DNA of 64,000 nt from Rhodosorus marinus CCMP1338 (Eukaryota; Plantae; Rhodophyta): the NCBI GenBank assembly GCA_029953675.1, contig JAMWBK010000003.1, positions 372,001 through 436,000 of the forward strand, written 5' to 3'. The notes beneath the pieces were generated by a model, which worked only from the letters and a program-made list of their open reading frames with translations, did not search any database and was not told the DNA's origin. Positions 1 through 11,281 of the stretch are shown in pieces (position 1 is the stretch's first letter; every line of letters starts with the position of its first letter). Position numbers and translations under genes: made by a program.

Positions 1-355
1 AACACGGTTAAAGTACAACTCAGACTTTTCGGAAAGCAAGAACACATCAACCCTTCAGCTATGAGCAATGTGTCCGGCGTGCCTCTGCCTCGGGAGTGGA
101 GCTTGGTGACGCTGCGGATTCTCGATTTATTCATTCACCGTCATCGAAACTGACAACATGTCTCCTCCGAACATTGTAAAAAGATTTAAAATACAACTCA
201 GACTTTTCACAAAGCAAGTTCTCATCCGACACCAACGCCTGTCCCAATGTGGATGGGCTCCGCCCGTGGCCGAAGCTTAGGTGCGACAAAGGACCATACT
301 GATTTTGTTCAGTTACCGCCGTCGGAAGGGACATTTTAGGCGAAGTTGTTGACAT
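1..355 (-). CDS. Possible 5' part of an unidentified gene running off the left edge
   Basis: ORF with ATG at 355. The peptide LLCEKSELYF recurs as LLSEKSELYF near 10-45 (DNA repeat tacaactcagacttttc). No family recognised and splicing unresolved. Confidence 0.3.
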
Positions 356-402
356 GAAGACTGGGCTTTCTCAATAGCTTGGTGGATTCTTTGATTGTTT
401 CG

Positions 403-2876
403 ATGGGGGTTGACGACAATTTCATGGAGGAGTCTTCATGGGAAACGGGGTTGGCTCTCTGGCAGAGTCCGCCGGAAGCGATTGGATTTCAATGGGAGTT
501 CGTAAGGGAAGTAGTTGAAGGCCGATTTTCTGAGGCTCTGAGGCGATTGAAGCACAAGGTCGTGGAAAGAATATTGGAAGGTTCAGTTTCTAGTTTTGAG
601 GAAGATGGAGATGAGCTCGAGCACTGCTTCTTGGCGTCCGTTGTGCTGCTCCGCATGTTTCAGAGGGACAACATCTGTGGCCCCAGCTTGACGGAGGACG
701 AGCTCGCTGGACTTGAAGCAAACACTAGATTCGAGCCGAAGGATGATGAGTTGGACGTTGACGGTGAAATTTTTGGGAGGTCAGTGCGACATACAAACCT
801 GCTTTTGGCTATCCGCCGAGTTCTCGTGGAGAACGAGCGGAAGCTTTCTCAACGGTTTTGGAGCGCAACGCTTTGGAGCGCTAGAGCGGGAAGAACGCAC
901 CAGGACGTGCTTACAGGCCCATCACCGACCCTGAAGTCTGAGGTCCAAGGCGCTTACACGTCCGCGCTGAAGTCCTCCGAGACTAGGAAGAATCCAATCC
1001 TCGGTGGGCTAGTGCACATTGAAATGGCTCTTGCGAGCAACAGTTTCCTCGACAGCAGCACGAACGAGAAGCACCTAAAATTCGCCATGGACACTCTCCA
1101 CACGAAGATTGAGCTCAGCGGGGCCCTTGGTGTAAGGACGAAGTGGCAGAAGGAAGCGAAGGCGAACCTGGTAGCTCAAGTTCTTCAAGAAGGAGAAGAG
1201 ATCGAACGGAATCTATCGATTCCAACTCAGTGCAAACGGCCGCGCAACATCCCCCTGGAGGACACAGATGTGCTGGGCTTTACAAAGCTCAGCACAGACC
1301 AAAAACCAGACAACGAGCGGACAACTCCGACCGTTATGGACCACTTCCTGCTCTCTGCCAAGGCAGAGTCTGTGGCTGCCAACCTTCCCTCAGGTCAACT
1401 CACCACAGAAGAAATTCGTCCGTATTTGAACAGAGTATTGGACGGCTGTGAGGAGTCCACTCCGCCCCTAGTCCTTGGGAAGGTACTCCTATTCAGAACC
1501 CGAGGAGAGCTTGGAAAAGGTAAGGATCTGCGGATCGGCGTTTGGATTCACAAGAGAGAGAGGTATATAGAGATCTTATTCCTTTACGCACTTACGTTGT
1601 AGGTCGCTATGCTGAGAGGAGCATGAAGCAGGTGGAGGAACTGGTTGATTACTACAAGCAGGGCAACCCTATCGATGATTGTGGCCGGCTGATTGGGTTG
1701 GAAGCGAGCGGGTACCCGGCGATGTGGAAGCTTCAAAAGGAGTTTGCAATTTTACTGGGCACCATTGGACTGGTGAAAGCGGCGTCTGAAATATTTGAGG
1801 GCCTTGGCCTATGGGATGAGGTTATCGATTGTCAGAGGCTCATGGGCAACGAGCAGAGAGCCAGAGTGCTTATCGAGAAGCGGCTGGATGAAGAAGGAGA
1901 GAGGCCGTGGTTGTTGGCTGCAATGGGAGAGGTTACGCGGGACGAAAAGTGGTACGTCAAGGCCTGGGAGGTGAGCAAAGGAAGGTACGCAAAGGCCATG
2001 CGATTGCTTGGCAGGCTGCTTATTTCGAAAAATGAAAATCAACGGGCTGTCTCTGCGCTGGAGGATGCGCTCAAGATCAACTTCTTGTACCCGGACGCCT
2101 GGTTCCTCTTGGCTCATGCCGCTCAAAAGTGTGGAGATATTGAAAAGTACGCGAGTTCTTTGACGACGGCGGTGCAACTGGACGGGTCGAATGCGGAGGC
2201 GTGGAATAACTTGGGCTCCGCTCAGCTGCAGCTGGGTAAACCGCAGGCGGCGGTTACCGCACTTCAGCAGGCTGCCAAATTGCGGCGCGAGTCGTGGAGG
2301 GTATGGGAAAACTTGCTTCTCGCTTCGATCGCAGCCAACGCGGTGCGACAGATGATCCAAGCAATGGACGCCCTGCAGGAAATAAGAGGACGGGAAGGTG
2401 TCTCTGCTGAGGGCATATCTGCCGCCATTGTCGAAATTGAACGTCTCGGAGAAAGTGGGGAGGACGATGACGGTCGACAAACTGCTGACTTGGCCCGTCG
2501 TCTTCTGAATGTTCTCGGAAGAGCCTCCGCGCTTGTATCCACCGAACCAGCTGTTTGGAACGCCTACGCGAGACTCCACGAGTTGGGCGGAGACCATGGC
2601 ATGGTGCTAGAGAATCGAAAAAAGGAGATGCGCTCCGTCCTGGCCAGAGCCTCCCAAAATTACGCCTCCGACTTGCAACTCTTCGAAATCGTGGCCAGAG
2701 CTGCCATGAACCTCGGATATTCAGCAATCCGAGAGGGCTCCGAGGACGCCAAGCTCAGTGCACTACTACAGGTCAATTCCATCGTCACCGCATCAGAGAC
2801 GAACTTCGCCGACACAGACTACTTTCGTGACCTCAAGAAAGTGGCAGACCAGCTCTCAGCCACTGAAGATTCCTGA
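403..2876 (+). CDS. TTC27: Tetratricopeptide repeat protein 27 (TTC27/Emw1-like); one intron 1520-1602
   Basis: Two long ORFs join in frame across gtaagg...ttgtag (83 nt) to give ELGKGRYAERSM. Motifs LSGALGVRTKWQ, LGLWDEVIDC, YVKAWEVSKGRYAKAMR and TPR arrays (DAWFLLA, EAWNNLG, WRVWEN) are typical of TTC27. Confidence 0.88.
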
Positions 2877-3004
2877 GGACGCCCCATATCACTCTCCTAG
2901 CTCGACCTCCCCACTTTTTTTTTTAACCAGTCAGTACTACTAACCAGTACTACTACTTAATCAAAGCAACTAAACCCCACCAAGCAACAACCCTAGCCAA
3001 CTAC

Positions 3005-3127
3005 AAAATACCCGTTTTTCACTAATTCACCAATGAAAAAAGGCGAAAACCAACCCTGAAACCTGCTTCGCAGGTTTCAGGGTTAGTTTTCGCCGTCGGT
3101 GGTGATTTGGTGAAAAGCGGGTATTTT
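3005..3127. repeat. Long imperfect inverted repeat / hairpin in the PRMT1 upstream region
   Basis: 15-bp perfect stem 3052-3066/3070-3084, 9-bp stem 3042-3050/3086-3094, and an 18-bp outer stem 3005-3022/3110-3127 with one G-T pair. Confidence 0.9.
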
Positions 3128-3239
3128 ATTTTGTAGGGAGCTGGTGGATGTTGTTTTGGTTTGCAAGGGTTGTGGGCGGACGGGTTGGGGGGTTGCAGTT
3201 GTGTATGGTAAAGGAGGAGATTGGAAAGGAAAGCTAGAG

Positions 3240-3262
3240 TATATATATATATATATATATAG
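3240..3262. repeat. (TA)n microsatellite just upstream of the PRMT1 start
   Basis: Run of tatata... directly visible. Confidence 0.9.
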
Positions 3263-3270
3263 AGAGAAGA

Positions 3271-4335
3271 ATGATGGATCGTTTAGAACAAGCGAAGCTT
3301 TTGGAGGATATGTTACCTGAGAATGGACATCCGAAGGTTCATGAGGATGCGCATATGGACATGTCGTCTGCAGACTATTACTTCAACTCGTATGCACATT
3401 TTGGGATTCACGAGGAGATGTTGAGGGACGAGATTCGGACGGAGTCGTATATGAGGGCTATATTGGATAATGCTCCTTGTTTCAGTGCGAAAGCCGTGCT
3501 CGATGTCGGTTGTGGGACTGGAATTCTGTCGATATTCGCGGCTAGGGCGGGTGCGCGAGCTGTTTATGCAGTGGACTGTTCGAAAATTGTAGATCAGGCC
3601 AGGGAGATTGTCAGAAAAAATGGGATGGAGAATGTGGTTACTGTGATCGAAGGGAAGATGGAGGAAATTGAACTGCCTGAGAAGGTTGACATCATTATTT
3701 CCGAATGGATGGGATACTTCCTGTTCTACGAGTCTATGTTGGATACTGTGATATATGCGAGAGACAAATTTTTGAAACCTGGAGGTCTCCTCTTCCCGAA
3801 TGAAACAAAACTGTACATCTGCGGAATCGAAGACGGCAAATACAAGAGCTACAAGTACGACTTTTGGCACGACGTCTACGGCGTGGACATGTCCCACATA
3901 AAAAACATCGCTCTCACCGAACCTTTGGTGGATATCGTCAACCCCGAGCAAGTCTCCACCGATAGAGTAGAATTGCTCACCGTCGACATTTCAACTGTGA
4001 AGAAGGAGGACTTGGCGTGTGTCTCTCCGTTCAGAGTAAAATCCTGGAGAACGGATAGCTGTCATGCACTTGTTTGTTACTTTGACGTGACCTTCTCGGC
4101 TGGCGATAACACAGTGTACTTTACCACAGCCCCTCAGTCGAAGTCGACGCACTGGAAGCAGACCGTTTTCTACCTGGACGAGAGCATCTATATGGAAGCC
4201 GGAGAGGAGATCTCTGGAGTTTTGGCTATGAGGCCCAGCAAGAAGAACCCTAGGGACCTGGATATTGCGATCCAATACAGTTTTGACGGCAAGCATTCGG
4301 CCGCAAGAAACACGCTGAGATACAGACTCTCATAA
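3271..4335 (+). CDS. PRMT1: Type I protein arginine methyltransferase (PRMT1-like), intronless
   Basis: DYYFNSYAHFGIHEEML, VLDVGCGTGILS, SEWMGYFLFYESML (double-E loop) and the THW loop (STHWKQT). Confidence 0.96.
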   Translation: MMDRLEQAKLLEDMLPENGHPKVHEDAHMDMSSADYYFNSYAHFGIHEEMLRDEIRTESYMRAILDNAPCFSAKAVLDVGCGTGILSIFAARAGARAVYAVDCSKIVDQAREIVRKNGMENVVTVIEGKMEEIELPEKVDIIISEWMGYFLFYESMLDTVIYARDKFLKPGGLLFPNETKLYICGIEDGKYKSYKYDFWHDVYGVDMSHIKNIALTEPLVDIVNPEQVSTDRVELLTVDISTVKKEDLACVSPFRVKSWRTDSCHALVCYFDVTFSAGDNTVYFTTAPQSKSTHWKQTVFYLDESIYMEAGEEISGVLAMRPSKKNPRDLDIAIQYSFDGKHSAARNTLRYRLS

Positions 4336-5882
4336 ACTCAGGTGCCTGTCGACTCATGAATTTTTTTTGTTATCGAAGAGCGACTGCAGCTTTTTCCCGG
4401 CGATAAGCGAGAAGCGAGCTCGACGCATCGACCGCCTGAGGACTCCGAAAACAGAGAAGCAGGGTCGTTCACGAAGGCGTGCTCGAGAGCATGAGGCGTC
4501 ATTCGGTGCGGGTGCATGTCTACCAGCGCTCCCAACGATATGAGATTTTGACGACCGCTTCCTGCTCGGCAGCCCTGGGGACTTGAAAAAAACCTCTCGC
4601 AGCAGGGAACGAGATTTGAATCCCAGCACAGCGCCGCATTTGTCCCCGTCACTTGGGATGGCCCTTGCTAACATAATCACATGGAGCGACGCTCTTCAAC
4701 CTTAATTGAAGTAAACAAGCGCATAGGGTACGAGCAAAATGCTTGACTAACAGAGCAGAATATCGAATGTCAATTTTACTGTGGTCACGGTGATTGCTGA
4801 AACCTTGCAACGGAACAGTTTGTTGTTCCATTGTTTGCAACGGCGTAATTCCGTGCTCCTTTTGGGTCATTTCCCAGGTCGTCCAGCCAGAAGGGGCCTT
4901 ATATCCCCGATTCGTGATGGTTTCAAACTCTCCCTTGTCGAGGTCCGCTGCACGGTAACAACATAGCAGAGGCGCCCTGGAGAGGATCGGCGCTTCCCTG
5001 TATGAGTCCTCAACCGCGCGGGTGACTTTTCCCCGAAGCGGCCGTCCCTGAGCTAAACCAACCAAAGCCGGTTGGGGTCGTACAAGTTACCAGCAGGCAA
5101 GCCTCTCGAACTTCACCATACTCATTGTGGACATGAAAGGCACGAGCGACCAAGAAAGAAGGCCCTAGTAGGTATAGATCCAGCACGAGACGATCAGGTT
5201 CTATTTAATTGTTCGATGTAAGATTCCATAGGGGACAAGATAGTTGAGAAAGTCAAACTTGGCATGACCATAGCGTCTCTCCACAACGCAAGCTTCCAAG
5301 TCCGCCCAATGCTTGCGAGTTCTAGAGGCAAACCTGAAGCTCTAGCTGGACTCATTGATCCGTACGCTGTCAATTTGAGGACGACGACGCGTGCTGAGTA
5401 CTTTTCAACCTATAGAAGAGCAGTGCGCAGAGCTCAAACGTGTAAGGAACTCGCTTCAGGCTTGTAGGGAAGAGTCGTATTTATTCCCAGCCAGGTGACC
5501 TAGGTCTCGAAAGCAATCTAGGTGTCTGGAGCAGTTCATAGTCTGTTCGGAGCTCGCCGGATGTGCTTTAAGTGACACCATTGCCCTCTTCTGGTCAGTT
5601 TACTCTTGCTCGACAGGATGCTTCAGCCGATCAGCATCATCGGAAGGACAAATTGGAAATAGAATTTTACGTTCTTTCACGAGGTCTACCTGATCGATCA
5701 AACACGAGATGTTTCATCTTATCAACGAGAGGATGAGCGGGGTTTAGGTCTCTATCTACGTTGCCAAGCGTTCGATCTCAAGAGGAGCATTTGTGTAGGG
5801 GTGAATCGATGTTGGATTCATGTTTATGATATGACATGAAGCGAACAACTGTAGCAGGTTGATGAGCGGCGATCAGATCGGT

Positions 5883-6988
5883 ATGGAGGATGAGAACACA
5901 CCCCTTCTTCAATGTTCTAGAACGGGTGTAGCTGATATTAGCAGTCCGATCGAGAAGAATCAGGTTCTCGAATGGTAGGGTGGTCCTACTGGCTTTTGTT
6001 TTTCGCGGGATTCCGCGAGGTTCGAGTCCCTCGCGTTGCCATCTAATTCTTGCTGTTTGGTTTATTGTGCCAGGCTGGATTCGATCAACATGAGAGAGTA
6101 CGAGGAGACGTTTCTTCGACATGGCGTGGTAACCCTTGATGACATCGCTGCGCTTTCCGTGGAAGATTTTCGCGAAAGTCTTGGGGTACGTCGTCTTGGG
6201 CATAGAAGGGCGATGTGGGATGCAGCGGGGCTGCTGCGCGACGCTGCTAATCCGCAGACGAGGAGAGACGAAGGAGAGAATATTTCGACCCTAAACCATC
6301 AGATGAACATCCGTACATTGCTCGCTTGGATGAGGCTCACTGTACAGGTAAATCGAGGGGAAGAGGAAGCCAGCTCTCGGTCATTGGAAGCATTGGCCAA
6401 CGTCATTCCATCAATGCGTCGTTTGCCTCATTAGATGAAAACTCTGGCCGTCGCCCTAATATTTCTTGAAGGTCCAGGCTACGTTCGACTGGCATCCAAC
6501 GGCCTCGTAATTGTCGCGTTCTTCATTCTTTTCCAAGCTTACCGTCAGTACTTAACGGTAACCGTTTCCCAAGCAGCTACCTTTGTTCAATCCAGTTGGA
6601 GTCAATCTCGGGGTCGCTGGTGTTCTGTTGTGGACGATAAATCGCAAGCTGATGGCTTTCCTGCAGACCCCAGCACATGGACAGATCTATTAGCTTCTGT
6701 CTATGCCCTGTGAGAAGTCTGAGGGTTCCTCTTGACGCGAAGCAAGTACTGAAGTAGTGCGACTTTTTCTTCATATTTCAGGTGGGAGACGAGTGCGCTA
6801 AGGTTATCAACTTCATCCCGACGAAAATCAATCCTCTCGTGTCCATACGCATATTCTCGGCATTCATTTTCGGGCTGGCCCTGTGCGGGACCGTACAGGA
6901 GAGCCTTAACGATCACCATTTCGATACGAAGGAGGCTCTGGCGGAGCTTGTTCTACTACTTGCGGCTTTAGTAGTGCTTCCTGCTTGA
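5883..6988 (+). CDS. SAM-domain plus DUF202 (Vtc1/YidH-like) membrane protein; exons 5883-5974, 6074-6347, 6435-?, 6782-6988
   Basis: Splicing at 5975-6073 and 6348-6434 gives MEDENTPLL...QVLEWLDSINMREYEETFLRHGV...LGVRRLGHRRAM (SAM consensus), then MNIRTLLAWMRLTVQMKTLAVALIFL (DUF202 ANERTFLAW-like) and hydrophobic helices. The last intron donor is uncertain. Confidence 0.72.
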
Positions 6989-7265
6989 TCAAGTCAACGA
7001 TCTTGCCAAGCAAAATCTTCGAGATGGAGGCCGGCTATCACGTTTCTGGGCTTTGATGGAGCAATCTACGAGATCGTGGACTCCCCAGGTGCTAGATTCC
7101 TTCCGTAAAAACCGAGCGCTGTGAATCGTTTGATGGGCGAGCACTGTACTTTGATACCGATTGAGGAGACAAAAAATCTGGATGATGTGTGGCGAGGAAA
7201 ACTCAAGGAGAGAAACGAGTCAAACAGTCCATCCGAATCTCGAACTTGTTTTGACCTTTCCGATC

Positions 7266-7520
7266 TTAGATGCTGACCTTCAGGATAAAAGCCAACAGAA
7301 AAGGTAGTCGTTGGTAAGGAAGAGGTCGCATGACCCTATGTGTAGCGTCGAGGGTCAGTAGGTGTAGTTCCAGAAAGTCGAGGCCTAAATATAGATCACC
7401 GGATAAATTTTCGAATATATGAATTTGTACATCAAAGTTGCGGTTCGTCATGTTGAAACGAACTGTCATTGTGCCGAAGTGCAGCGGTCGGGAGTCCAGT
7501 GCCCAGGAGGAACACCGTCA
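7266..7520 (-). mobile_element. Possible degenerate retropepsin (Ty3/Gypsy-type aspartyl protease) fragment
   Basis: FDVQIHIFENLSGDLYLGLDFLELHLLTLDATHRVM resembles the D-x-ILG-x-DFL C-terminal motif of retropepsins. No catalytic D(T/S)G was found upstream and the frame is broken. Confidence 0.4.
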
Positions 7521-8270
7521 ATTACAGATTGGTTTTCCCCGTACGTCGTCCGGTGTTAGTTCACATCTGGCGCAAACTGAGTAGACCGTTAAACAACCAT
7601 GCAGGCAGAAGATGACCAAAACTCTATCAACGGAGGTGCAGGAGAGAGTTTTTGGAGAGAGAGCAATCCTGGATTATTTTCTTTGGCAGTTTGCTAAGCC
7701 TGTCAGCTAGTCAGCTAGATACCCAACTCCCGTACACCCCAATCCATCCAGACAGACCCCCAACACCGTTCAACAAACCATGGGAAGGACAAAGAAAAAC
7801 CAAAATTGAATTGATATACCCGCAGGAGCTGCAGTGGGAATCTTCAAACAAGGACAATCCAGGATTCTTTCGTTGCAAATTCACTAAAATCAGTCATTAG
7901 ACATCAAAAGTGGAGTAACTGTCAACACCAAATCGCCTCCTGTCCCACCATTCAGTCCCCTCTACGTCAACCCCAAGCTCAAGCAAAACCCTATCGAACG
8001 CTCCGATTCGATACCGGAGATCGAAATTGTTTTTAACTATAAAAACTCCGTAAAATTCCGATTGTCAGGCATTGCCGATCGATTTGAGATTCTTTCCTGG
8101 GGGGTCGAGGGGGTGGTGTGGATCGGTGGAGGGTTTGTTTGATACCCGATGATCTGCTTTTTGTAGGCATTTGATGAGTGATTGAGAGCGACTGTATCAT
8201 CTCATCTCTCATCTATCTGAACAAGTCCGACCTTGGGATGTCTACCCTTTTCTTGTTTGGCGCAGAGGCC

Positions 8271-8985
8271 TCTCTTACCAATCTGGAAACAGCCCCGAAA
8301 CTGAATGCGTCTGGAGCAGCAATAGGAGCTGAGAGGGAGGGACATCCTCTCATCAATCTGAGCGCGTCCAACTTATGTGATGTCTCCTCTTTATTTTTCA
8401 CCCAGAGATTATTACATAGACTCTCTTAGCAATCTGGAGACAGCCCGTAGCTCAAGACGCCTGGAGAAGTACCCTGCGGAGAGGATGGGACGGACAGGGT
8501 TGATGAGACGGAGGGAGCCGGCAGAGAGAGGGAGAGAGGGAGAGAGATAGGAACAAGGACAGGGAGAGAGAAGGAACAAGGACAGGGAGAGAGACAGAGA
8601 GACAGAGAGACAGAGGGATTTGGGCAGTTTTTCGGTATTGCACCTAGAGGAGCATTTTGAGATGATTGATTTGAGGCATTTGAGTTTGAAGCAATTTTTT
8701 TGGTTTTGAATTACAGAGAGGAAGGAGAGCAGGAAACCATTAAGCTTAAGGAATGTTTCCATGCTGTAGCTGAAGAAGCTCCTTGTCTTAGCTTTTGTTT
8801 TGGGTGGTCTCTGGACTGGTTCGGCTGATTGCTGTAAAGCACTGGGCTTTTGTGAATTATCAGGGACAGAGGGAGGGGGTGTGAGAAGCGGGGGAATAGA
8901 TATTTTTTGAGGAGTTGTTGGTTTCTCTGTTGTTGCTAAAGGAGCATAGAGTTTTGGCTGTCTCTGGATTGATAAGAGAGTCTAT
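8271..8985. repeat. Three copies of a 25-55 bp motif (two direct, one inverted) around GA-rich simple sequence
   Basis: 8271-8295 and 8422-8446 differ at 2 positions. 8956-8985 is the reverse complement of 8416-8445 at 27 of 30 positions. Confidence 0.75.
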
Positions 8986-9248
8986 AGCATAGACTTTAGA
9001 AGACTGGGTCACTTGTTGATGGGTTTGCTTGAGGGCGGAGCTTCTGTTTTGAAGTGAGTTTGTAGTAGTGGCTGGCGCTTTGGTCTGGTTCTTCTGATTC
9101 TTCTCCGGGTTTCACTGGTGCAACGAGAGGAAAATCTAGTCTGGAGGAGACTAGGACGGCCTTGGGATAATCTCGCTCAAGCGAACGAGAGACGAAGGTG
9201 TTCAACGTTATTATAGAGGACTGAAGGAGGCTTTTTGAAACAGGACGA

Positions 9249-11281
9249 ATGGTTTTGGGTGTTCTGAGCTCGAGGAATAAAGGCCGATTGGTATGCTCGA
9301 GGACTGGCTTTGACGGGAAAGGAACTGGGTAAGCTGCTCCTTCTCGGATTTCGTACCAAGTCTTTTGAGAGTGACTGAATGATGATCTCATTGCCGTTTC
9401 AACGTACCATAGAAATGACCCTCTCGCGCTCCAGTTTCCGGAGTTTTCCTCCGGGAAGACCGACGAGGATGACCGGCAGCAGTTTGACAAGGATTCAATG
9501 GCGGTCGAGCACATTCGTAACGGCAGGAGGGAGTTTGTAGTTAAGGAGGGTTCTCTCCAAGTCGTTGAAAAGCAACGGAAACGGACTCTCCAGACGAAAG
9601 CTTGGGATCGCCTTATGAGGTACTTTCTTCCCGTTGGGTACCCAGCATCAGTCGGACCAGGTGAGCATCCGCCTCCCTTTATGGCTTTGAATGACCATTC
9701 TGATCACCCATTTACAATCACATCGAAGACTACAAGGAGTATACTTTATGGCGTCTCTGCGCGTTCTTTTGGGGAGGATGCGTCGGCGTGTTTTCCACAC
9801 AAGGTCTACTGTTGGCTGTAGGCGTCGGCAGACAATCTTCTGCTCCACTCGCAGCGGCGTTGCAATGGGTGATTCGTGACGGCGTTGGAAGAGCTGGAAG
9901 AATGCTGTTTTCGCAGGTAAGAATCCAAAGATCGCACTCCAATGGATATCTCTTCCTGCCGCTTTTGTTTGTTTAGTGAAATGAATTCCGCCGATATCGA
10001 CAGATAGGAACAGGCTTCGACGCGGAGACGAAACAACACCGTTTGGCAGCTGCATGGGTGCTGAATATGTCTTGTACGCTGGAGAGCATCAGTCCACTGT
10101 TCTCAAACTTCTTCCTACCGATAGCATGCGTCGCCAACCTGGCCAAGGGCGCAAGTACAATTGCCGCGGCGAGCACCAGAGGAGCGATCTACAAGTCGTT
10201 CATGCGTTGGGAGAACTTGGGAGATATCACTGCGAAACAGGAAACAGTGGGCGTTGCCGGCGACTTGGCCGGCACAGCACTGGGAATTCTCCTTTCCCGA
10301 ATGACTTCGCAGAATATTTATTCCTCCTGCGTTGCCTTTTCCACGGTATGTAGTTCCTAAAGTCCAAGGTTTGCAGCCGTTTTCCTGTTGGAAAAAGCTC
10401 ACAGTTTACTCGTGCAAACGGGTAGGTATCGCTTCTACATCTGTACGCTGTGTACAGAGAGGTCAAGGGGCTGCAGCTCAGCACACTCAATCGCCAGCGC
10501 TCACACATGCTGATCAATGCTTATATCAACTCGGCGGAAGTACCTACTGTCCTAGACTTAAACCGGAAGGAGCGAGTTCTATTCAAACCCTGGTACGGAG
10601 TCAACCAAATGGAAAACGTGCATCCGCGGAAGACTGACTGTACCATCATATACAGGTTGGATTCTTTGCATCGACCTAATATCGACCTTGCTGCAAGGCT
10701 ACATGATTGTGCTCCAGACGCTGAGGCACTTGTGTACCTGATACGTCTATACAAGGAAGAAAAATACATCTTGACATATGAACGTGAACGTATAAGGGTA
10801 GTTCTGAGGTAGGTGAAGACTAGTGCTCGGATTGTATTCCCCTGGATGCGTTCGAAAGTTTGTCAGCTCTAACAAATCTTGTGGGGTTCTCGTCCGTCCT
10901 GCCTGCCCGGACGCGACGCCATTTTGTGTTGTTCTCCGTCTTGTAGAAGAGATGCGTCCAGTCGAGACTGCCTAAAGGCGTTTTATCAGGCTGGTGAATT
11001 TTGGAAGGCGTATGAGCAAAGAGGCGATCGGGAACGTCGCAATCGAGATTTGGTTGAAGAAAGCTATAGGTGAGTGTTGCGGATGAATTCCCCGTACAAG
11101 GATCGTTGCTGCTTGAGACTTGCTGTTTGACATTCACCATCGCTTCTTTCGGTACAGATTAACCAACCAACAGTTTGGGGGATTCATAAAGGACGCGGAA
11201 AGGCATGGATGGAGAACGGATTCCGTTCTCCTGCGACCGGTTGGTAGAAGAGTCGTCTGGGGTGACGCGATGACGAAGTAG
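9249..11281 (+). CDS. RUS (root UVB sensitive)/DUF647 family protein, multi-exon; start approximate
   Basis: YFLPVGYPASV, STQGLLLAVGVG...AAALQWVIRDGVGRAGRMLF, ENLGDITAKQETVG and TLNRQR; final exon GWRTDSVLL...VVWG with stop at 11279-11281. Confidence 0.88.

Noticed and set aside
1809-2597. 262-aa antisense ORF
   Set aside because: Shadow of the TTC27 coding strand; no motifs.
3313-3951. 212-aa antisense ORF
   Set aside because: Shadow of PRMT1.
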